From positions 4,907,962 to 4,971,961 of the forward strand of contig OZ244148.1 of NCBI GenBank assembly GCA_965216255.1: a DNA stretch of 64,000 nucleotides, given 5' to 3'. Each line of letters starts with the position of its first letter. The first letter of the stretch is position 1. Positions 28,557 to 38,100 of this stretch are shown here, piece by piece. The stretch is from Rhodothermales bacterium. Lineage in GTDB: Bacteria > Bacteroidota > Rhodothermia > Rhodothermales > Bin80. Made by a program: the position numbers and the translations under genes. The notes under the pieces are model-generated. The model was given only the letters and a program-made list of their open reading frames with translations, was not told the DNA's origin and ran no database searches.

Positions 28557-29196
28557 CCACCTACCTCCAATTATAGCGGTGACGGAGGCATTTCATCAAC
28601 ACTCCTTTCGATCAATTTTTTCGGCCAGGCACTAGTTAGACGAGATCAGCGAAAAGGGAAATTTCAGGTTAATAATTTTTTGCAGGGACATGAGAACACA
28701 AGCAAGGGGATATAATCTGCACTACAATACACATTGTTGCGCACCTGGGTAGAAGAAGCAGAACGCTTGAGCGCAGAATAGCGCCCCACGCAATACCGTG
28801 ATAATCAGATACCTGTGAACGATCTGTGAAGCCGCTGGCAGTTCCTCGGAGCGCAACTGAAGGTTCTCGTGAACAGGGTGGGGTTGAATTCTAGGAACCG
28901 AGAATACATTGTAAAGTACAGTGTTCTGATTGTATCTTACAAATCAACTGGACAGACGAAATACCCTGAATTTACCTATGAACAAGAAAGCAAGAAATAA
29001 CCGACTGGGCGAAGTGGGCAGCGGCGAAACCGCGCTATCGCGGTAAGACACCGGATGACATGGCGCGGGCGCCTCCGGCCATTAAACCCGGAGGCCGAGT
29101 GGAAGATAAAGGAACGGCAGGGATGCAAATAGAAACAGCCGTCAATGTGCTTTCACTTCAATGCAGGAAGGTTTAAACTATCCTACATAAGCCCTA
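28557..29196 (+). promoter_or_regulatory. AT-rich non-coding leader/promoter region upstream of the giant Calx-beta gene
   Basis: About 640 bp with visibly lower GC than the rest of the window (runs such as TTAATAATTTTTTG) and no convincing ORF. No specific promoter elements could be assigned. Confidence 0.3.
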
Positions 29197-32100
29197 ATGG
29201 CTGGAGTGTGGCGTAGTTACGTAATGCCGTGTTGGCAGGCATGGCGACTTCGGCTTGGCGTGGTCATCACGGCCGTGCTGCTGAGTGGTTTGGGCGCGTG
29301 GAAGGGCGATGCGCCGGTGCTGACGGTGACGGGTGAGAGCAAGGAGGAGGCGACCGGCCTGCTGACGTTCACGCTCACGCTGGATGCTCCGAGCACGAGT
29401 GACATAGAGCTGACGTATGCTACGGCGGACGTCACGGCGACGGCGGGGGCGGACTATGTGGGAGTGCCAGCGGGCAGTTTCACGATAAAGGCGGGCACGA
29501 GGGATACGACTATAGCCGTGCAGATGAAGCACGATGGTCGTGACGAGGAGGACGAGGCGTTCGAGCTGACTGTGACGGCGGGGAATGCCGGTGAGATAGG
29601 GTCGGGTTCGGTTTTGAGGGCAGTGGGCACGATTCTGGACAATGACGACGCGCCGGTGCTGAGGGTGGCGGGTGAGACCAAGGTGGAGTCGGACGGCCTG
29701 CTGACGTTCACGCTCACGCTGGATGCTCCGAGCGGGAGTAACATAGATCTGACGTATGCTACGGAGGATATCACGGCGACGGCGGGACTGGACTATGTGG
29801 AAAAGGCGGGCAGTTTCACGATAAATGCGGGCACGCTGGAAACGACGCTGGCAGTGCGGATGAAGAACGACTGGCGTGACGAGCCGGACGAGACGTTCGA
29901 GCTGACTGTGACGGCGGGGAATGCCGGTGAGATAGGGTCGGGTTCGGTTTTGAGGGCAGTGGGCACGATCCTGGACGAGGATCGAGCGCCGGTGCTGACG
30001 GTGACGGGTGAGAGCCAAGAGGAGGCGGACGGCCCGCTGACGTTCAAGCTCACTCTGGGTGCTCGGAGCGGGTATGACATAGAGCTGACGTATGCTACGG
30101 TGGACGTCACGACGACGGCGGACCTGGACTATGAGGCAGAGCCAGCGGGCACTTTCACAATAAAGGTGGGCGAGCGGATTGTGTATTTGCCGGTGCAGAT
30201 GAAGGAAGACTTTCGTGACGAGGAGGATGAGACGTTCGAATTGACTATGGTGGCGGTGGATCCCTCTAAGGTACGGCAGAATTCGGTATTGACGGCAGTG
30301 GGGACGATTCTGGACGATGACACAGCGCCGGTGCTGACGGTGACGGGTGAGAGCCAAGAGGAGGCGGACGGCCCGCTGACGTTCAGGCTTACGCTGGATG
30401 CTCGGAGCGGGCATGACATAGGGCTGACGTATGCTACGGCGGATGTCACGGCGACGGCGGGACTGGACTATGCGTCCGTGGCAGCGGGCAGTTTCATGAT
30501 AAAGGCGGGCACGCTGGATACGACGCTGGCGGTGGGGATGAAGAATGACTTACGTGACGAGCCGGACGAGACGTTCAAGCTGACTATGGCGGCGGTGAAT
30601 GCCGGTGAGATAGGGTCGGGTTCGGTATTGACGGCAGTGGGCACGATCCTGGACGAGGACCGACCGCCGGTGCTGAGGGTGACGGGTAACAGCAAGGAGG
30701 AGGCGGACGGCCCGCTGACGTTCATGCTCAGTCTGGGTGCTCGGAGCGGGTATGACATAAAGCTGACGTATGCTACGGTGGACGTCACGGCGACAGCGGA
30801 CCTGGACTATGAGGGAGAGGCAGCGGGCAGTTTCACAATAGAGGCGGGCACGCGGTTTAAGACGTTGGCGGTGCAGATGAAGGAAGACTCACGCGACGAG
30901 GTGGACGAGACGTTCAGGCTGACTGTGGCGGCGGTGGATGCCACTAAGATACGGCAGAATTCGGTATTGACAGCAGTAGGGACGATTCTGGACGATGACT
31001 CAGCGCCGGTGCTGAGGGTGACGGGTCAGAGCAAGGAGGAGGCGGACGGCCCGCTGACGTTCACGCTCACGCTGAATGCTCCGAGCACGCGTGACATAGG
31101 GCTGACGTATGCTACGAGGGACGTCACGGCGACGGCGGGAGCGGACTATGATGGAGAGGCAGCGGGCAGTTTCACGATAAAGGAGGGCACGCGGGATACG
31201 ACGCTGGCGGTGCAGATGAAGGAAGACCTACTTAACGAGGTGGACGAGACGTTCGAGCTGACTGTGGAGGCGGTGAATACCGGTGAGATAGGGTCGGGTT
31301 CGGTCTTGACGGCAGTGGGTACGATTCTGGACGATGACTCAGCGCCGGTGCTGAGGGTGACGGGTCAGAGCAAGGAGGAGGCGAACGGCCCGCTGAGGTT
31401 CACGTTCACGCTGGATGCTGTGAGCACGCGTGACATAGAGCTGAGGTATGCTACGGCGGACGTTACGGCGACGGCGGGGGCGGACTATGATGGAGTGCCA
31501 GCGGGCAGTTTCACGATAGAGGCGGGTACGCTGGATACGACGCTGGCGGTGCAGATGAAGGAAGACGCACTTGACGAGGAGGACGAGACGTTCAAGTTGA
31601 CTGTGACGGCGGTGAAGCCCGGTGAGATAGGGTCGAGTTCGGTCTTGAGCGCTGTGGGCACGATTCTGGACAATGACGCAGCGCCGGTGCTGAGGGTGAC
31701 GGGTCAGAGCAAGGAGGAGGCGGACGGCCCGCTGACGTTTAAGCTTACGCTGGATGCTGTGAGCGCGCGTGACATAGAGCTGACGGTTACTACGGCGGAG
31801 GTCACAGCGACGGCGGAGGCGGACTATGAGGAAGCGGCAGCGGACAGGGTAACGATAGAGGCGGGCACGCAGGTTACGACGCTGGCGGTGCAGATGAAGG
31901 AAGACGCACTTGACGAGGAGGACGAGACGTTCGAGCTGACTGTGACGGCGGTGAATCCCGATGTGATAGGGCCGAGTTCGGTCTTGAGCGCTGTGGGCAC
32001 GATTCTGGACAATGACGCAGCGCCGGTGCTGAGGGTGACGGGTGAGAGCCAAGAGGAGACGAATGGCCCGCTGACATTCACGCTCACGCTGGATGCTGTG

Positions 32101-35100
32101 AGCGGGCGTAACATAGAGCTGACATATACTACGGAGGACATCACAGCGACGGCGGGACTGGACTATGAGGGAGCGGCAGCGGACAGGGTAACGATAGAGG
32201 CGGGCACGCAGGTTACGACGCTGGCGGTGCAGATGAAGGACGACGAACTTGTCGAGGAGGACGAGACGTTCGAGCTGACTGTGGCGGCGGTGGATGCCGA
32301 GGAGATAGGGGCGCGTTCGGTCCTGACGGCAGTGGGCACGATTTGGGACAAGCCCATCGTTACCTTGAGTGTGAATCCGGGCGTTGTGGCCGAAGGATCC
32401 GGAACGACAGATATATATGTAACGGCTACTCTTTCTGCCGCCCGGACTGTTCCTACGATCATTACGCTGTCGTTTGGTGGCACTGCAACCCTTGGACCTG
32501 GATCGGATTATGAAGTGGCGCCGGCATCCCCCGAGATAACGGTTCCGTTAGCCACTACATCCGGGCAGGTCGTTATTTCCTTGACTGTGGTTGACGATAC
32601 CTTTTATGAGAATATCGGGAGTGACGCCTTCGAAATCATTTTAGTGCAAGGCAGTAATACAGACGGTCTGCAGGTTGAATCGGCAGAGTTCAAGCTGAAT
32701 GACAACGACACTGAAATCCCTAGCGTTGAACTGACTGTTGAGCCGAGTTATTTGGCACTGGACGAGGGTGAGAGCGGCACGATCTCCTTTAGTCTGGTGT
32801 TGGTGGGAGAGAACCAGAACAGGTTCGAGAATGATGCCGAATTCACGGGCGACATTATACAAATTGGAGAACTGGAACACGGGGAGGACTACACGACAGA
32901 CCCGGAGGACTGGCTTCCCATAATTCTTCCGGCTGGTGCCATTTCGGTATCCAAGGACGTAGAGTTCGAGATTATTGACGATGATATTAGTGAAGGACAG
33001 TACGAATCGCTGACCTTGCTGAATATGGAGCTGGTTGCCCATAATCTGCGTATTCCCGTGAGCAGGGCAGGACACAGTACGACCATTTTATCCGTGAGTC
33101 CAAGCGACGAAGAAAACCGTCTTAATATAGCAATCGAACCCACAGGGGGAATCCGCGAGAACGCAGGGCCGACTGAAATAGAACTGTTTGCTACCCCATT
33201 TTTTACAGGGAGTGAATTTGAAGACCCTCCCGAAGAAGATCTTACGATACGTTTCTGGATAGAGCAAATCCCTGGCGGGGCACTCAGCCCAGATGATTAT
33301 TCGATTGTTCCTGAGGTTATTCCTCGAGTCGATTGGACTCAGGGAGAGACCGAGTCCGAACGTGTCACATTAACGGTAACGCCTGTAGCGGATGATGTCC
33401 ATACCGAGAATTACCATGAGCGTATACGCATTAAAGGCCAAGTGACGAATGCTTCGGGGTATCAGGGTCTTACCACCACATCCCTGAGTATTATCAATGT
33501 TTCGCCGCCGGCATTGAGAACGGTCGGTATTGATCGGCCCCCCAACCATCCGACAATCTATTTCTTTGGGGAAGAGTTAACGGCGAAAATGAGCTTTTCG
33601 CAGCCGGTTGGATTGCGGGGCCAAGGCATGACCTTTACTGTCGATCTTGATAGTGGTCCTGTTGTCGCCAAATGTTTGCCAGGGGGTACTGGTTACGGCG
33701 CTCATATATCGTGCACCTATACCATACAGGCAGGAGACTCGGATGTCGATGGTGTGGAAATCAAAGCCGGGGCCATCAATCTAGGTGGCGCCAGTATGGT
33801 CGATGAGGAAGGCAATGCTGTTACGATTAATTTTACGATTCTTGACAAGTATTTGAAGCGGTATGATTACCAGGTTCAGGGTACGAGCTATGTGTATGAG
33901 CTAGTGCCGTCGGTGGAGAGCTTTCAGGAAGGTCAGAACGCTACTAGGGAGGTTGTTGTCACAGCTACGGAGAAGTTGGGCAAGGTTAGAGAATTCAATG
34001 CCGCGATAGAGCTTTTCTTCAGGAATGAGACGACCAGCGATCAGGATTATGTGGTGACGGGGGAGCGGACCATCAACATTGTGGCCGGAGAAACCACCGG
34101 CAGCACGACGCTTGAGATCACGCCGACGTTCGACGGAATTAAGGAAGGCCACGAGGAGGTCTTCTTCCTGGACGGGGACGCGGGTCACCAGGCTGTAGAG
34201 CCCTATGAGATGAAGATACTGGATGCGCCGGACATCTTTCTGGCGGTGAGTCCTGAGACCATCCAGGAAGATGGTGATGCCGAAACGGTGACGATAACGG
34301 CGAGCCTTCCAGCGAATGCTATCACGTTTGATGAGGGCATTGTGGTGAATCTGCGGCAGGCGGGCACGGCAACGAAAGGAAGCGATTTCACCATCGGGTC
34401 TTTGCCAGAAGTGCGCATTTTAGCGAACGAGACTTCGGGATTCGGCAGTGTTGTAGTAACACCGATCAATGATAATCTGGTGGAGGGGGATGAGACGATT
34501 TTTTTCTATGGCTCAACGGCAAGCCTCGGAGTAACCGGAACCAATCTGGAGCTCCAGGACGACGATAGCGAGGCGGGCATAATCTTGTCGGTGGACAATA
34601 GCCGGGTTGGGGAAGCTGATGGCGAGACTGTTATCGAGGTGACGGCGACAGCGACAGTGACGTTTCCGCTGGGTGTTGACGTGAGTTTGGACCTCGGTGG
34701 CCAGGCAACGGAAGACACAGACTATACCAGGCACTGGGATCCGGGAGCGACCATCAGTATTGCTCGGGGCGCATCTACCGGAACGACGAATCTGGAGATC
34801 ACGCCGGTAGACGACGATATTCTGGAAGGCGACGAGACGATCGTTGTGCAGGGCACCGCGGACAACGGTGTGTCTGTAGAGGTGGCGCCGATCACATTGT
34901 CGGACAATGATCGCGCAAGAATATTGAAGATCACCGGGACTCTGCAGGTGGTTGAGGGGACGGGTGACGAAACTGGTAGCAATAATGGGCATACCGATAT
35001 CACTGTCAGCTTGAGCCCACGGCCAGGAAGTGATAATATTTCTGTGCCTGTGACCTTTATCGCCGGTACGGCAACGGGCGGAGGGCAATTAGCTTACCGG

Positions 35101-38100
35101 GATCCCTTCAATACCGAGGCGGACTATGCGGGTTTTCGTGAGGGGACCACTCTTACTTTTGAAAAGGAGACCCCTACCCAAAGCTTCCGATTACGTATGG
35201 TACCGGACCGCAGGGACGAAGATGACGAGACGTTTACGCTCGTTCTCCAGATTCCGGGCCAGCCGGGATCGAGGACTAGTGCCACGTTTACCATTCTTGA
35301 CGACGACGACCCGCCGGTGATTTCCTTTGTGGAAGACGCAGCCGGGAGCGAGGATGTGGGGCAATTGGTGTTTCCGGTGAGTCTTGACGTGGAAAGCGGC
35401 AGGAGGATACGCGTGCTCTATGATGTGGTGGATGTCACGGCAACGGAGCTGTTGGACTACACGGCGGAGGGCAACGGGGAATTGGAGTTCGAGCCCGGCG
35501 AAACGGAGCAGACCATCACCGTACGCATAGAGGATGATCTGTTGGATGAGGACGACGAGACGTTTACGGTGGTGTTGAAGGAGCCGGAGAACGTGACACT
35601 CGGCGACTTCGAGGCGACGGGCACGATAGAGGACAACGACGGTGCGCCTGAAGTCATTGTCGAGAATGCGAGTGGAGAGGAAGCAGCGGGGAGCATCAGT
35701 TTCTTTGTGCGTCCAAGCCATCAGTTCAGCAAGGACATCAGCGTGGACTATACTGCCACGACCGAGGCGGGCAATACGGCTACCGAGGGTGAGGATTACG
35801 TGGCAGTAACGCAGCCGGTGACGCTCACGATTCCAGCCGGCAGTCGCGGCGAGTGGATTGCGGTGACGATAACGGACGACTTTGTAGACGAGGATAACGA
35901 GACGTTTACGGTAACGCTGTCGAACCCGATGAATGCGAGTGTGGGCTCGGCAACGGCAACGGGCACCATATTGGATGATGAAGATCTCTCACTGCGCATT
36001 GATCCGGCACAGGCGAGCGAAATCGTGGGTGAAATCATTTTTGTTGTAACCATGAATTGGCCGAGCACCAAGACGATCAAGGTACAGGCTAAGACGCTCG
36101 ACGGGGCGGATGATACGGCGGAGGAGGATGTTGACTACGACAAGACGAGCGAGTTGTTGACTATTCTTCCGCTAGAGCTCGCCCAGTCTTTTGCGGTAAC
36201 CATAAATGATGACCTCTTCGATGAGGCCGACGAGACGTTCACGGTAGTGTTGAGTAATGAGGAGAATGTTTCGTTGTCCGCTGCGGAGGCGACGGGCACG
36301 ATCCTGGACGATGACGCAGCGCCGGTGCTGACGGTGGCGGGTGAGAGCAAGGAGGAGGCGGACGGCCCGCTGACGTTCACGCTGACTCTGGATGCTATGA
36401 GCGCGCGTGACATAGAGCTGACGTATGCTACGAAGGATGTTACGGCGACGGCGCAACTGGACTATGTGGAACCGGAAGCGGGCAGTATCACGATAGAAGC
36501 AGGAGATCAGGCGGCGACGATAGCGGTGCAGATGAAGGAAGACGAACTTGACGAGCAGGACGAGACGTTCGAGCTGACTGTGGCAGCGGTGGATGCCGAT
36601 GTGATAGGGTCGCGTTCGGAATTGAAGGCTGTGGGTACGATAGAGGACGATGACGAAGTGCCGGAGGTGAGCATAGCGAATGCGGATCCGGTAATGGAGG
36701 GAGGCGCGGCGGAGTTCACGTTGACGCTGAGTGCGCAAAGCGGCCAGAACGTGACGGTATCCTATGGGACGGAGGATGGGTCGGCTGTGGCGCCGGGGGA
36801 CTATGAGGTGAAGCGCGGTAGGGTGACGATACCGGCGGGCAAGACGGAGGCGGTGATAGTGGTGCGAACGGAGGACGATGACCAGGATGAAGTGGATACA
36901 GAGACGTTTACGGTGGTCCTCAGCGCGCCGGTGAATGCGACACTGGATGAGGCTGAGGGCACGGGCACGATAGAGGACAATGACGAAGTGCCGGTGGTGA
37001 GTATAGAGGATGCGCCTTCGGTGACGGAAGGAGGGGATGCGGTGTTTGCGGTGAAGCTGAGTGTGGCAAGTGGCCAGGAGGTGACGGTGCAGTATGCGAC
37101 ATCGGACGCTACCGCGACGGAGGGGCAAGACTACAATGCGGCGCAGGGCGAAAGCCTGGTGATACCGGCGGGCAATACGGAGGCGACGATAGTGGTGGAG
37201 ACGAGCGACGATCTGCTGGATGAGGATACGGAGACGTTCACGGTAGTCCTCAGCTCGCCGGAGCATGCGACGCTGGATGCGGATGCGGATGAGGGCACGG
37301 GCACGATAGAGGACAATGACGATGCGCCGACGGTGAGTATAGAGGATGCGCCTTCGGTGACGGAGGGCGTGGATGCGGTGTTTGCGGTGAGGCTGAGTGT
37401 GGCAAGTGGCCAGGAGGTGAGGGTATCGTACTCGACGGTGGATGTTACGGCAACGGGAGGGCGGGACTACAGGGCGGCAGTAGGCGGAAGCCTGGAGATA
37501 CCGGCGGGCAGTACGGAGGCGACGATAGTGGTGGGGACGATAGACGATTCGGTGGATGAGGATACGGAGACGTTCACGGTGGTCCTCAGCTCGCTGGAGC
37601 ATGCGACGCTGGATGCGGATAAGGGTGAGGGCACGGGCACGATAGAGGACAATGACGAAGTGCCGACGGTGAGTATGGAGGATGCGCCTTCGGTGACGGA
37701 GGGCGTGGATGCGGTGTTTGTGGTGAGGCTGAGTATGGCAAGCGGCCAGAAGGTGACGGTGCAGTATGCGACATCGGACGCTACCGCGACGGCGGGACTG
37801 GACTACTATGCGCCAGTAGGCGGAAGCCTGGAGATACCGGTGGGCAGTACGGAGGCGACGATAGTGGTGGGGACGATAGACGATGATCTGGATGAGGAGG
37901 ATACGGAGACATTCACACTGGTCCTCAGCACGCCGGAGCATGCGACGCTGGATGCGGATAGGGGCACGGGCACGGGCACGATACTGGACAATGAGGATGC
38001 GCCGACGGTGAGTATAGAGAATGCGGAGGCGGTGACGGAGGGCGTGGATGCGGTGTTTGCGGTGAGGCTGAGTATGGCAAGCGGCCAGAAGGTGACGGTG

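Noticed and set aside
28978-29046. 22-codon ORF (MNKKARNNRLGEVGSGETALSR) in the AT-rich leader as a possible leader peptide.
   Set aside because: It is too short, with no supporting signal (no evident ribosome-binding context and no conservation information). Noted only.
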